Source: the human T2T-CHM13v2.0 reference genome, Homo sapiens. Taken from it: a stretch of DNA of 64,000 nt. The translations under genes and the position numbers were made by a program. Below are positions 16,667-30,091 of the stretch, piece by piece. The notes under the pieces were generated by a model. It searched no databases. It was not told the DNA's origin and saw only the letters and a program-made list of their open reading frames with translations. Position 1 is the stretch's first letter, and each line of letters starts with the position of its first letter. Where the stretch lies: the NCBI RefSeq assembly GCF_009914755.1, contig NC_060925.1; one strand, 5' to 3'.

Positions 16667-18647
16667 TTATATGTAAAACAACTTACTTTTGTTGCTCAAG
16701 CTATAGCAATTATTCATGCACCTTCTTTTGTATAACTAAGCTGTTCTATCTGCCATCTGTGTATATGCATAATTATATCTGGAAAGTAATTAAAAGCATT
16801 TGGCCTCATATAAATTTTGACTTATTGTTGCTGTTTTAGTTGTGTGTATAAAATTCACTAGAGTAGTTCTATGGAATTGCTCTGAATGATTTTTAAATAT
16901 TTTATTTACCTATACTGAAATTTGATGAAGTGCTCTAGTAAACTAAAAAAAATGCAAAAATTGTAAGGATTCAAGATTTTTACTTCTTTTATACTATCAA
17001 AAAAGGACTAAAAATAAAATAACAGACTCAAGGGTTGCATAAAGTGCATATAGATAAAAAATAAAGGAAAACATAATTTCTGAAATAGAAAGGTTCTATA
17101 AATAAATCTGAAAAATACTATATATGAACACTTCTAGAAATAAAAAATCATTACCATCCTTGCATCATTCAACAGCTCTCATTATTCAAAAGCTTTAAAC
17201 TCATTGCTAAAATAATTAGAGCTGCTGAAGTTCAGTTTGTTTCTTCTACTGTAGTTCTATAATAATAATTATGAAGACATCTTTGGATTAATGTGTGTCA
17301 TCTACTCAACCTATAAATGTTTCATGCTGAGTTCATCTCTTCAGTAAATTCTTAGCATTTTAATACTAAGTGAGTACATTAGTTATTCTAAATTAAAAAG
17401 CTAGAAACATAGCTTTTGTTCTTCTCATGTGTACCATCTGTGTAGTATTGAGAAATACACTGATTTTATTTCTTTATTTCCAAAGTATTTTCCCATTCAC
17501 ATATTTCATGGTACCTTGCCTTTTTATACTGCATGCACTATTTATAGAATGACTTGTCTTTTTCTGAACAATCTCTTAAATTTTCTATTACAACTATCTT
17601 ATTCTATGTGCCTTTTACTTACTATCTTATTGAAATATACAACTATATAATTTTGAAGACTTTGGTTTCTTTGACTGCAAGCCAGTTCCATATATATCTG
17701 AGAACCACATTTGTTCTTTTATTTACACCTATTGAGGATGATACTAGGCTCTTAAGATACAACAATAAATAAAACAAAAGTGCTCCCTAATTAGAATTTA
17801 TATTATTTGCAGGATGTATAGGAATGTAAACAGTTAATGTCAATTAAAATAGCCTACACTATAGAGGCTTATTAGAGTTCAGAGCCTGTCAAGAATGGTA
17901 ACAGAGTCAGCTTAAATAGCTTTCATTTTGTTTTAGTATCCAAACTGCAAACAAAATTGCAAAGGCCTTGTGATATAAAGAAGTCAACTAAAATTGTACA
18001 AACAGCTCCCAATATTTCTGTAGTTACTTAAGTTAATTCCACTCACTCAAGGTTGATTGAGCCAGAAAACACACAGACTTGTTCTTATTATACTATTAGA
18101 CTGCAGGAAGCAACACATAAATAATTATCTTTACCATATAAATCAGTTCCTTATGGTATTACAGGCGCATATATCCATGGACCACTTTTTGCAAGAGCCT
18201 TAGACATTCAGCAGACCTGGATACAATTCAGTATAATTTACTCTTTGGTTCCTTGTACATTCCTCATTCCCAGTAAATATTCAACAATTCTGGACAATGC
18301 GAAGAGATGTAAACTTTTAATATGGTAATAGCACAAACACCATCATAAACAACTGATACAAATCACTATATAAACTTCCACGTTGAGTAGTACACCAAGA
18401 ATACAAATCTCCAAGTGACTCTTTTAGGTCTTTAATATATCATATTTTTTCTACTTTGCAGTTCTTATCATTGTTTTGTTCATTCTTTATTTAGTGGAGG
18501 CATACCATGCACCTCAGTATGGCGATAATATATGGGTGGCAGCAAAAAGTTCCAGCCCAGCATGGCCAGTGCTATCCCTCTATCTTTTTTAAAAAAATTG
18601 TGCACTTTTATTTGTCATGCTTTCTAAAAAGGTATCTATGCCATTGA

Positions 18648-18930
18648 TTTTTTATTGATGCATAATACATGTACATATTTTCAAGGTACATATGATAAGT
18701 TAATAGATTCACATAATTTGTAAAGTTCAGTGTACTTGGGATAGCCAACACCTTAAGTATTTGTCTTTTCATTGCACTATAAACATTCTAATTATTCTCT
18801 TCCAGCTGTTTTGAATGTGCAGTAGATTACTGTAAACTCTACTCACCCTACTGATCTATCGAACAGTAGATCTTATTTCTTCTATCAAACTATGTATTTG
18901 TTTCTGTTAATCAACTTCTCTTCATCCCCC
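18648..18930 (-). mobile_element. L1MA-type 3' UTR fragment
   Basis: TTTTTTATTGATGCATAATACATGTACATATTTT...CACCCTACTGATCTATCGAACA..TCAACTTCTCTTCATCCCCC. Confidence 0.8.
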
Positions 18931-19132
18931 AATAGGTAAGAATGTGAGAAGTAAAAGTGTGGGAGGGAAACAGAGCTAAGATAACTCAAGAAGTCAGTCA
19001 CTGTATTTTAAACATTGCACTAAAACAACAGACACCATGATGGCCTTTTCTACTACCTAATGAATACTTGGTAGCTATTTTGAGCCTATCCTATTCTTAC
19101 AACTAGCAGTCTTCATTGCTTCCATCAGCTTC

Positions 19133-21724
19133 TGATATGGTTTGGCTGTGCCTCCACTCAAATCTCATCTTGAATTGTATCTTCCATAGTCTCCACATGT
19201 TGTGGGAGGGACCTGATGGAAGATAATAGAATCATGGAGGTGGGCGTTTCCTGTGCTATTCTCAAGATAGTGAATAAGTCCCATGAGATTTGATGGTTTT
19301 ATAAAGGGAGTTTCCCTGCATAAGTTCTCTTCTCCTGTCTGCCACCATGTGAGATGTGCCTTTCACCTTCTTCCACTATGGTGAGGCCTCCTAGCCACAT
19401 GGAACTGAGTTCATTAAACACTTTTCTTTTGTAAATTGCCTAGTCTTGAGTATGTCTTTATCAGCAGCTTGAAACGGACTAATACAGTAAATTGGTACCA
19501 GTAGAATGGAGTGCTGCAGAAAAGATACCTGAAAATATGGAAACAACTTTGGAACTGGGTAACAGGCAGAGGCTGAAACAGTTTGTAGGGCTCAGAAGAA
19601 GACAGGAAAATGTGGGAAAGTTTGGAACTTCCTAGAGACCTGTTGAATGGCTTTGCCCAAAATGCTAATGGCAATATGGACAATAAAGTCCAGGCTGAGG
19701 TGATGTCAGATGGAAATGAGGAACTTGTTTGGAACTGGAGAAAAGGTGACCCTTGTTATGTTTTAACAAAGAGACTGGTGGCATTTTACCCCTGCCATAG
19801 AGGTTTGTGGAACTTTGATCTTGAGGGAGATAATTTAGGGTATCTGGAGGAAGAAATTTCTAAGCAGCAAAGCGTTCAAGAGCTGACTTTGGTGGTGTTA
19901 ATGGCATTCAGGGTTTTTGTTTGTTTGTTTTTTGAAATGGAGTCTCACTCTGTTGCTCAAGCTGGAGTGCAGTGGTGCAGTCTTGGCTCACTGCAACCTC
20001 TGCCTCCTGTGTTCAAATTATCCTGCCTCAGCCTTCCGAGTAGTTGGGATTACAGGCACCTCCCACCATGCCTGGATAATTGTTTGTATTTTTAGTAGAG
20101 ATGGGGTTTCACCATGTTGGCCAGGCTGGTCTCAAACTTCTGACTTCAAGTGATCTGCCACCTCAGCCTTCCAAAGTGCAGAGATTACAGGTGTGAGCCA
20201 CCATGCCTGGCTGGCATTAGGTTTTATAAGGGAAGCATATCAAAAAAGTTTGGAAAATTTGCAGCCTGACAATGCAATAGAGAAGAAAATCCCATTTTCT
20301 GAGTAGAAATTCAAGCCTTCAAGCCAGCTGCAGAACTTTGCATAAGTAACAAGGAGCTGAATGTTAATCCCCAAGACAACAGGGAAAATGTCTCCAGGGC
20401 ATGTCAATGGGCCTTCACAACAGCCTCTTCCATCACAGGCCCAAAGGCCTAGGAGGAAAAAATGGTTTTGTGGGCTGGGCCTAGGGTCCTCATGTTGTGT
20501 GCTGCCTTGTGCCCTGCATTCCAGCTGCTCCAGCCATGGCTGAAAGAGGCCAACATAGAACTCAGGCTGTGGCTTCAGAGGGTGGAAGCCCCAAGCCTTG
20601 GCAGCTTCCATTTGATGTTGAGCCTGCGGGTACACAGACATCAATAATTGCGGTTTGAGAACCTCCACCTAGATTTCAGAGTATGTATGGAAACACCTGG
20701 ATGTTCAGGCAGAAGTTTGCTGCAGGGGCAGTGCTCCTATGGGGATCCTCTGCTGGGGGATTGCAGAGGGGAAATGTGGGACTGAAGCCCCCACACAGAG
20801 TCCCCACTGGGATACTGCCTAGTGGAGCTGTAAGAAGAGGGTCACCATCCTCCAGACCCCAGATGGTAGATCCAGCAACAGCTTGCCCTGAGCACTTGGA
20901 AAAGCCACAGGCACTCAACACCAGCCCATGAAAGCAGCTAGGAGGGCAGCTGTACCCTGCAGAGCCACAGGAGCAGGGCTACCCAAGACCACAGTAACCC
21001 ACCTCTTGCATTGGCGTGACCTGGATGTGAGACATGGAGTCAAAGGATATCATTTTGGAGCTTTACGATGATTGCCAAGCTGAATTTCAGACTCTCATGG
21101 GGACTTTAGCCCTTTTGCTTTGGCCAATTTCTCCCATTTGAATGGCCGTATTTACCCAATGCCTGTACCCACACTGTATCTAGAAAGAAACTGACTTGCT
21201 TTTGCTTTTAGAGGCTCATAGGTAAAAGGGACTTGCCTTGTCTCAGATGAGACTTTGTACTGTGGACTTTTGAGTTAGTGCTGAAATGAGTTAAGAATTT
21301 GTGAGACTGTTGGGAATGCATGATTGGTTTTGAAATGTGAGGACATGAGATTTGGGAGGGGCCAAGGGCAGAATGACATGGTTTGGCTGTGTCCTTACCC
21401 AAATCATCTTGAATTGCAGCTCCCATAATTCCGACATGTTGTGCAGGGACCCGGTGGGAGATAATTGAATCATGGGGGCAGGTCTTTCCCATGCTGTTCT
21501 TATGATAATGAATAAGTCTCATGAGGTCTGATGGTTTTATAAAGGGGAGTTTCCCTGCAGAAATTCTCTTGTCTGCCACCATGTGAGATATGCTTTTCAC
21601 CTTCTGTCATGATTGTGAGGGCTCCCCAGTCACATGGAACTGTGAGTCCATTAAACCTTTTTCTTTTGTAAATTTCTCAGTCTTGGGTATGTCTTTATTA
21701 GCAGCATGAAAATGGACTAATACA
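19133..21724 (+). mobile_element. Complete THE1 (THE1B-like) ERVL-MaLR provirus: LTR-int-LTR
   Basis: 5' LTR 19133-19486 (TGATATGG...GACTAATACA). Internal part starts GTAAATTGGTACCAG. Polypurine tract lies before the 3' LTR 21374-21724. Perfect 5-bp TSD GCTTC at 19128-19132 and 21725-21729. MaLR internal ORF remnant [15 protein letters not shown] at 19610. Confidence 0.96.
19914..20212 (-). mobile_element. Alu SINE (AluS) inserted in THE1-int
   Basis: Antisense Alu with a degenerate TSD, GGCATTCAGGGTTTT / GGCATTAGGTTTT. Confidence 0.93.
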
Positions 21725-22849
21725 GCTTCATTCCACATCATTGCTGACAGCATGCAAAATATCACGTTAGTGTTTAATCTTTACCTGTGGTATTTCGAAG
21801 CTCATGAAGGCACCAAAATGCCTAGTTCTGATGTGCACATAGATAGTTGCTCCATCTGTTTTTACATTTCATTTTCTTTATCCTAGAATCACCTTTGTTG
21901 CCTTCTGTTCTGAGAACTGAAAGGCCAGGATCTTAAAGTATTGGCTTTGTGAAGGAAACATGGTGCTGGCACAAGGTCCAGTAATGAAAAGTGAACTTCT
22001 AAAGCCTTCATAAATACTGGTAGAAAATGGCTGACACCCAAATGAAGATGTGAACATGGGAATGCATGTCAACTGTAATGAGAGGTTTCAAAAACCATCA
22101 CTCTTCTTGCACTCTAGTGGCTCCCACTAGAAGTTACATGCAGAGGATTGAACCCTAATGCCCAATCTCGATTGTAGATAGAAAACTTTCCATGCAACTA
22201 GGATTCATCCTCATCTCTGTATGCATTTGGAAAATCCTCTCTCATAGCCTTGCCTAACTAGATTGTTTATGTGTGCATGCGTGTATATTTGTAGTGGTAG
22301 TTCCTCATTCCTTCTAGCCTTAATGACTAAGATATGTGTGTTTGAATGTGTGTGTGTGTGTCAAGAAGGTGGTTAATATGGATGCTCAGGAGAGAAAATG
22401 GTATATAACTAGGAAAATATAGTCTCCATATGGGAGGAAGAAATAGAGTATTAATTCTGTCTGGTCTGTGTAATTAAATAAGTAATGTATACATGCATTG
22501 TTGTTTATGGTACAGGCTTTTGTTGGGAACAACAGTTTATTAGAGGTGATTGTAGAGTTTAATACAAAGTAAGAGAAAGAGAGACAAGGTAAGGTTAACA
22601 TGAGAGGCTTCCTATGTACAAACTTGCTATGAGGAGAATTTAATTTTTACTTACATCTTCCACATATCTCCCACAATTAGCCATTCTAGGCTAAAATATT
22701 TTGATGCTGTCTACAATCTGTGCCATACTGAGCTGCATGATATGACCCCCACTGACTGAAGAATTAGTCAAAAAATGTAAAGAACTGTATAGTAAGAAAA
22801 ATCTGGCATCCTTAATACCTAAAATAATCACCTGAAGATTTGTGTTACT

Positions 22850-25470
22850 GGTATATTATTCAAGGTGGAAGTTTTTATACTGACTTGTGTCACTATAACA
22901 CTGTAAAGTTAGAAAAACTCTTGAGCCATAGCTGCTTCTAAAACCTGAATAAAACAAACATTTCATCAAAATGATCAACCAAAAATGAACCAGATTATAC
23001 AAAATTATGAAAAGGAGAAAAAAAAGAGAATAAAGACAAAAGTAGCATCCATACATACAGAGATGGCTAGCTCTCCAGACAACATGCTTCCAAAACATAA
23101 AAATATAACTTATTACTCCACAGAAAACTACAAGACATTAGCAAATTTGTACAACAAATGAAATAATAAAGTAAATTCCAAAAGGAAAACTTAGAAATGA
23201 TGTTATAGCTCAGAAAAGAATTAAAAACATAAGAAATAAATTATAAATAAGAATCAAACTAGAGAAATTATAAGAGCAAATAAACACAACTGATATCATC
23301 TCAAAATAAATAAATGAAAGGAATGATACCTTTTAAAATAAAAAATCTTAAAATGATTTGAGTAAAATTTTCAAAGATTAATAAAATCTACTATACAGAA
23401 AATAGGAGTCACTAAGCAGAGAACCAAGTCAGGGAAACAAAACTAACACTAAAAATTTAAGTAAAATCACTTTTCTGAAATTAAAAAAAATAGTGAAACA
23501 TTGAAACTGCATATTAAGGAACACATTGTGTATCTGGGATTTTTGAACCAGAATTACCATTATTAAAACATATTCTAATAAAATTACTGACTTTAAATTA
23601 AAAAAACATTATATGAGCATCTAGGCAAAAAAAGAAACATAGATGTAAGAGAGAGAAAATATTATATTACCTCAGGTTTTGAAAACAACTCTTTTAGTAA
23701 GCAAAAAGTGAACTAACATTTAATATACTCCAGAAAATAATATATGGGCCAAAGACTTTCAAATTCAAAGAACACAGAATAACTTTCAATTTATAAAATT
23801 CAGAAACAAACTATTATCAAAATGCAGGAATGTAGTAACTCAATTGGATAATAATATTTACATAATTAAAATGACTAAAAAGACATTGACACAAGGATGA
23901 TAGTGAACATAACGTGTATGGTTATTTGTAGAGGTAAATATAAATGACAATGGAGACATAGTATAAATATAAAAGATGTGGAGAGAATGGGAGGAGCATA
24001 TGTAAAAATGAGTTTTGGTAATTAAATTTATATTGGTAATGCTATATTATCTTGAGACTCTTGTTTTTGTAATGTGCTAAAATGCAAATTAATTATTATG
24101 AGATATTCTAATTCTATCATCCCCGGGGTCTTGGAGAACTAAGATTCTCTCAGTGTGGAAGAAATGAGATACAGATGCAACAGAGAACAGATTAAGCAAC
24201 AAAACCCTTAGACATGATTTGAATGTAAAATATCAGTATGAATACATGAAGTATTTTATCTTAAAAAATTATAAATGGATATTTTCTCTTTTGAAAGAAG
24301 CAGCCTGACTAATCCAGGAGTGATGAGCATTCCTGTTATTCAAATTATTGTCTTGCAATACAATTCACTTCTAATGGCAACCAGGGTTTCTTGAATAAAT
24401 GACTGATTCTAGGTTTTAGACTAGCATAAGAGAAACCTAGAATATCTTTGTATAAAATATGGCAAGAAAATTATAAAATAAAAATACCTTATAGTAAAAG
24501 TACCTAAAAACCTACTTGAAGAGGCTATTATGGGCTGAAATGGGATAATTTAAGCTACAGTTAGAATGATATGAGCAATGGGTAAAACCCAAGAAATATA
24601 TTTATGAGTTTATAAGAATGTTAAAATTGATTGTTGATTTTTGGAGAGTTATTGTAATGAACAATAAGCCTATTAATTACAATAAAAACAGGTAAATAAA
24701 AAATGTGAATCACTCCTTTATTTTGCCTTTCCAGTATAAACTCTAATACAAGAAACCAAGAAGTAGAGGAAGGGACGTCTCTTTATAAAAATATTTTAGC
24801 TAAGTATGAAAAATACATTAAAACACTTAGAATATGATCATTTTGCAATCATCTCCAGTGAATTAATGAATCTAGGCACTGAGCAACAACTTATAACTCA
24901 CAGAAAAATGGGAAAACCAGATGTTACAAATATCTCAATAGAAGAAAATGCCATTTATACTCTTGCCAAAGGATAAAATCTACATTTGATTTGATTGAGC
25001 CTCTGATCAAATATGATCTAGCCTCTGAACCCAGTTGACAAATTGTAGGAAATGCAGTAGACGCAGGAACATGCCAAGCTACTCCAAGATTTTGCAATTG
25101 ACTAAGTGATAGTGTACAGGCCAAACCTCCCAGGTTCTTCAACAGAAAGAAAAGGAAATAGTCAAATGGGAAACCTATGAATGAAAGTGATTTAACTTGT
25201 ATGTCAACTTTTTTAAATGAGCAAGACGAAGTTCTGTTGTCTATGGGCACACACTTAGGTGATACTACTAAAGAAACAAAAGGAATAGAGTGGTGTTTAC
25301 TTTTGGAGGAAGACAGGAATTTGTGATTGGAATGGAGCATATGGAAGGGCGAAGTTATACTCTTTGGCCTGGCCAGTGGTGATAAGAATCTTTACTTTAT
25401 GATGATTTGGTAAGCTTTACATTAATTTTAATTGATTTTTATAAATATGTTTTATAGAATTTAAAAACAA
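22850..25470 (+). mobile_element. Ancient L1-derived element: HAL1-like ORF1 relic followed by L1MC/L1ME-type 3' UTR
   Basis: AAACATATTCTAATAAAATTACTGACTTTAAA..GAGCATCTAGGCAAAAAA (ORF1-like), AATATCAGTATGAA, AAATGACTGATTCTAGG, and CACTTAGGTGATA..GTGATTGGAATGGAGCATATGGA (3' end). Very diverged. Confidence 0.6.
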
Positions 25471-25589
25471 ATGAAGCTGCACAGGTGAGGACTATTTCAT
25501 TCATTTCAGTAGGTAGCTAGGCACAGGTTCATCTTGTAGAATGTGATCAGGGCTATTCACTGACTCAGCTGCTTTCCTTCTACAATTAG

Positions 25590-25685
25590 CCCCAAGACCT
25601 GGATGACCAGGAAGCCAGCAACTCGACCAGAATGGCAGGCTGTGGAAAGAAGTCATTTGGTGAGCTTCAGACTGAAGTAAAAGAG
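25590..25685 (+). other. Candidate 96-nt exon in unique sequence
   Basis: CTGAC branch-like motif, CTGCTTTCCTTCTACAATTAG acceptor, GAG|GTAAGG donor. Open in phase 0: PQDLDDQEASNSTRMAGCGKKSFGELQTEVKE. Protein not recognised. Confidence 0.3.
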
Positions 25686-26022
25686 GTAAGGCCAGCAACT
25701 TGCCTTGAGAGCACTTTGTTATCAGCACCTGCAGTCCCTTTCCCTGCTGCTGCATGCTCTCTCCCCTCTGAATTGGTGTCATACCCTGTTTTTCTTATGT
25801 TGGGGTGGGAAGGGGAGCTAGCTGTGGCGGGCTTCTCATCTATCTCTTGTAGCTGCCACCTCTTGGGGTCATGCAGCTGACAGCTCAGGCAGGCTCCAAT
25901 ATATGTCCTTCCCCAGTCAACCAAAGAGACACAAAATAATTTCCCACGGTTTCAGTGTTGTATGGTTTTTGTTTATTCTGACTCAATTTATGTAGCCTGG
26001 AAGATTTTGTTTGAGTGTAGTC

Positions 26023-26060
26023 TGTGTGTGTGTTTGTGTGTGTGTGTTTGTGTGTGTGTG
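26023..26060. repeat. (TG)n microsatellite, interrupted
   Basis: TGTGTGTGTGTTTGTGTG... Confidence 0.9.
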
Positions 26061-26739
26061 CATGCGAATACATTAATTCTCATCTTTATTTTATTTTTCT
26101 ACGTTCCCCACATAAAACAATAACTCTCTCTTGCCTTTTGCTGATGTGATAAGTTAGCTAAACCAGGCCAAGAAGATTCTTAATAATGGTGCCGCAGATT
26201 TAGCTTAAATTGCTTTCTCCTAGATTCCCTAACAAATCAACAAGTCAAGCAATGTAAAAATTTTTTAATAAAGATACAAATGAAAAGGAACAGAATACCC
26301 CCCACCCCTGCCCTGCTGTGCCTCCCTAGCTAGCTCCTCACCAAGGCTCTGCCTATATTCATCATTAGTTGCAACCTACAGAGTGACAAACACATCCTGA
26401 AATAACAGGAAATGAACTATGAGCTCATTGACGCATACCAGTAAGCAGGACAAGGGGCCACATTAGCACTCAATGGTATACCTATTATTATATATCCATT
26501 TCTGCTGCGGCCAAGTTGTTTGCTTCTGTGTTCTCATTGTTTCTGAATCCTTGCCCCATAGTGGAAACACCATTAGATACTATTACAAAGTATTACTATT
26601 CACATGTCATTTTAATACTCAAGTTTTAAGTAATACCCCAGATATTGCAGCTATTAAATGAGTAAGCCAGAAGGCACACCTAGTTCCGTTCTGCTTTCAA
26701 AGTCTATATGACCTTTCTTTCCTTCAATTTCCTGTCAGA

Positions 26740-27053
26740 ATAACTTCTTTCTCCATTCCACATACTTAGAATTCACTCATTCTCTATGTCTAGCTCAATA
26801 AGTGTTTCTGAATTCTTGGAGTATACTCAAAGTTCTTCTTTCTCTGAGCTCCTATTGTATCTTAAAAACACCACACAAGTTACCACTCACTATTTTCGAG
26901 TATGTTATTGTTGGATTCTCAACTACTTGACTGCTTCCTTATGAGCAGTCAGTATTCTTAAAGACAGAAATGTGTTTTTTTCTTATTTTCTATAGAGTTT
27001 AGCACCATGTTGCACACAACTGAGAGTTTAAAATACTTGTTGAATGAGTGAAT
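26740..27053 (+). mobile_element. L2 3' end fragment
   Basis: TCTTAAAGACAGAAATGTG..TAGCACCATGTTGCACAC..TACTTGTTGAATGAGTGAAT terminus. Confidence 0.6.
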
Positions 27054-29929
27054 ATGTTTCACCCCTTTCACATTCATCTTAGACACTAGCAAAATTAATT
27101 ACCTAATAGAATTGAAAAAGCGATAAATAATCTATTGAATCAACCTATTAAAATACTGCTTTTAGCCCTCCTCCCCTTTCTCTTATAATTCACATTACTG
27201 CTACTTAGTGTTTATAATGTGAGTCACAACTTTTGACACTTTTGCATATAATATCTCAACTAATATTCCAAACACCTCTGAGTAATAGGCATATTTATTC
27301 TTTATAGAAAGGAAATTTATACCCAGAGAGAGTAAGTAGTTTTTCTGAGACCCAGATAGAAAGGAACAGAGCTGTGTGATTCTCTTGTATGACATATATG
27401 ACTTCACACACAAATCCTCATCATGATCAAATTGAAGTGTTACTGAGGTACCCAATTGCATGACTATTAAGTTTAAATTTGGAGAAATAAATGAAACAAA
27501 TATTGGCAGATTTTAACTCATTTTACAAAAATGAAACACATCTAAAATACAGTTTTCCAGTACTTCATCCCTTTGCTGATAGCAACACTAGCAGTGAATG
27601 TCTGTATTTCCATTGCTCCCCTTTCAAATTTAAGAGCACCTTTAATGTATCAGTGTAATAATCCATTTTGAATGAAAAAATGGTCACCATTTTGAAATCG
27701 TATCACTTACGTATAAATTTGCAGATGTTATTAATGAAATAAATTGCATTGCATGTGTTTTATTTTTAGTAGTGTAATTACATGTGTTTAACATTTTTGT
27801 TTTATCTATATTTGAAAAAGCAACACCCTATGCTAACACAATTCTCAAATGACAAGCTACATCTTTTAAAAAAGCATTTTAATTTACTGTTAACTACTAT
27901 TGAAATGTATACAAACTATAACAAACTCTTGAATTTATATAATGCAAATTAATTTACCCAAACTTTCTTCATTTATACAGATAGATTTTAGAAAAATACA
28001 TAATACATAGTTTTAAGAAAAAGCTTATATTTACATCAATGATTATCCCAACTCTCAACTATATGCTTAATAGCCATACATTTTAAAAATTTAGCGTTTC
28101 TAGGACAAACAGCTTTTAATTAAAAAATACGAGAATATATATACATATATATGATGCTAAGAAAGATATAATGTAGATATAATATTAATAAAAATATGCA
28201 TTCTAGGCAGAATATTTTAGTGATTTAAAGCATTGGTTTCAGAAATTTTTCAGTTTGTAATATTCTGTGTATTCTCTAGAAAAACGTAACAAGAAAAATA
28301 TTAAAATGTGATACTTTAAGTGGAGGGATTCTGAAGATTCTAAGTGTTAATAATGTATTTTAATGCTTAGTGTTATTATTTCAAGTATATTAAAGAATTT
28401 GGGAAAATACATTTCAAGCACATCTGATGGTTTTGAAGTAATGAACCAGAATTGGCACCTTGAAGTAATTTTTCAAGATGCCCATTTGAGTCACTTTTCC
28501 TCCCAGCACTTAATACTTCTGTTGCTAGAAAATTGCTTTCAGAAATTACATTTAAAAATCATTTTCTTAATGTACCTTTGCTAGAATTGTGTTTATGTGA
28601 AAAATTATGCTTACAGATATGACCTCACATATTGACAAAAATGTTTAATAATCAATTTTTATCATGAACCTAAGAACACGCTTATATTCTTTGCATGAAC
28701 AGGAAAGCAGATAGTCATTTTTACAGTTGCATTGCCCATGAAAATACCAGAAAAATACATAAATTCGTAAAGAATATTTAGAATATTGTGTTCTACAAAG
28801 CATTTCCATTCTTGTATTTACATAAAATACAGAAACCTTAAATCTCAAAGAGGTGCAGTTAACAAAAAGAATAGCTTTTACAAAGTTTTATAAAACTAGA
28901 AAGCATAGCATTTTTGTGAAAGAAGAAAAATATCTAATATTCTATTTATCATGTTATTTCTGTAAAAATAGGAAAATGTTTACCAAGTAAACTTTAATAT
29001 TAGCATTTTTAATTAGTTATCAGTTACTGCCAGCAAGGAAGGTATAGCTTTATTTTCTCAATCAATGCTGCATTTTATTTTCTGTATATGTCCATGAGCT
29101 TCAGTAGTTTGTTAAACATGATTATATCTGTCAAAAATTCTGACATGTCCCAGAACATTTTTCAAAAGATTTTTTGTACTGAAAGTTTAATAGAACTCAT
29201 TTAAGAACTCCTTATTAGATTTTCTTCTGCTTTGAGAAAGAAACAGACTGAACTAACATTTCATTCAGTTCCTTTAATGATTTTGAGCTTACTAAGAACA
29301 GAAAGTAAACTGAGAAAAATGTATAAAGAACTTTTAGATATTTTTGCACCTGGACCTCTTGAATGTTGAGAAGCAAAGGGGCTACTGAAAAGCTGGAATA
29401 CAGTGTCCAGCCTATTATCCTACTTGAACCTAAAGAAGAAAAAGGGATGCTCAATTCAGTAATCTGGGCTTTATTATTACTGCTCGTTGCAGGTACCCCT
29501 AAATCTAATAATAGTGATCTTAATAACTTTTCTATTTTACATAGCACATAGTATAATCAAACCATCAAAAATAATAATTAGGGCATATCAAGGGGAAACG
29601 TGAACTGAAAGGAATGCATTTTCCATAGACATTTTAAAAAAATAGAACTGGAAAATGGAGGGATAAAGAGCAGGATGTAGAGCAAGAAAGAACAAAAGTG
29701 ATAAAAATATATAAAGAAATTATAAGGAACAACAATTCTAGCAAAGAAAAATTATACTATGTCCAGCTCAAAATCATAAATTGGTAGAAGTGGAAGTAGT
29801 TTCAGGGACACTGGACAAGAAAAAAATACCAACATAAAAATTCATGCACCAATAGTTGTAAGTGATAAATGTAAACCAAATGGAAAAGCTTCATTCTTTT
29901 CTGTTCAGTATGCCTCTACAGTGCATGCA

Positions 29930-30091
29930 TTACATTATGTTATGAATTCATTTTCCCACTGAGCTATTAACTACTTGTTTGAGTAAAGATAGAGCCAATA
30001 CCTTAGTTACATAGGCTGCCCCAATGCCTATTACAGAATTAGGCACCTAGTTGGAATTCAATACATTTTTATTCAATTAATGAAAATAAAT
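29930..30091 (+). mobile_element. L2 3' end fragment
   Basis: CCCAATGCCTATTACAGAATTAGGCACCTAGTTGGAATTCAATACATTTTTATTCAATTAATGAA. Confidence 0.55.

Noticed and set aside
19414-21600. Cluster of 60-161 aa ORFs
   Set aside because: All lie within THE1 LTR/internal sequence or the nested Alu. The MaLR internal ORF is broken.
22108-22121. CTCF-like motif TGCACTCTAGTGGC
   Set aside because: A single imperfect motif with no other support.
29215-29551. 110-aa and 62-aa ORFs in unique AT-rich DNA
   Set aside because: No recognisable domain or convincing splice context, and compatible with chance.
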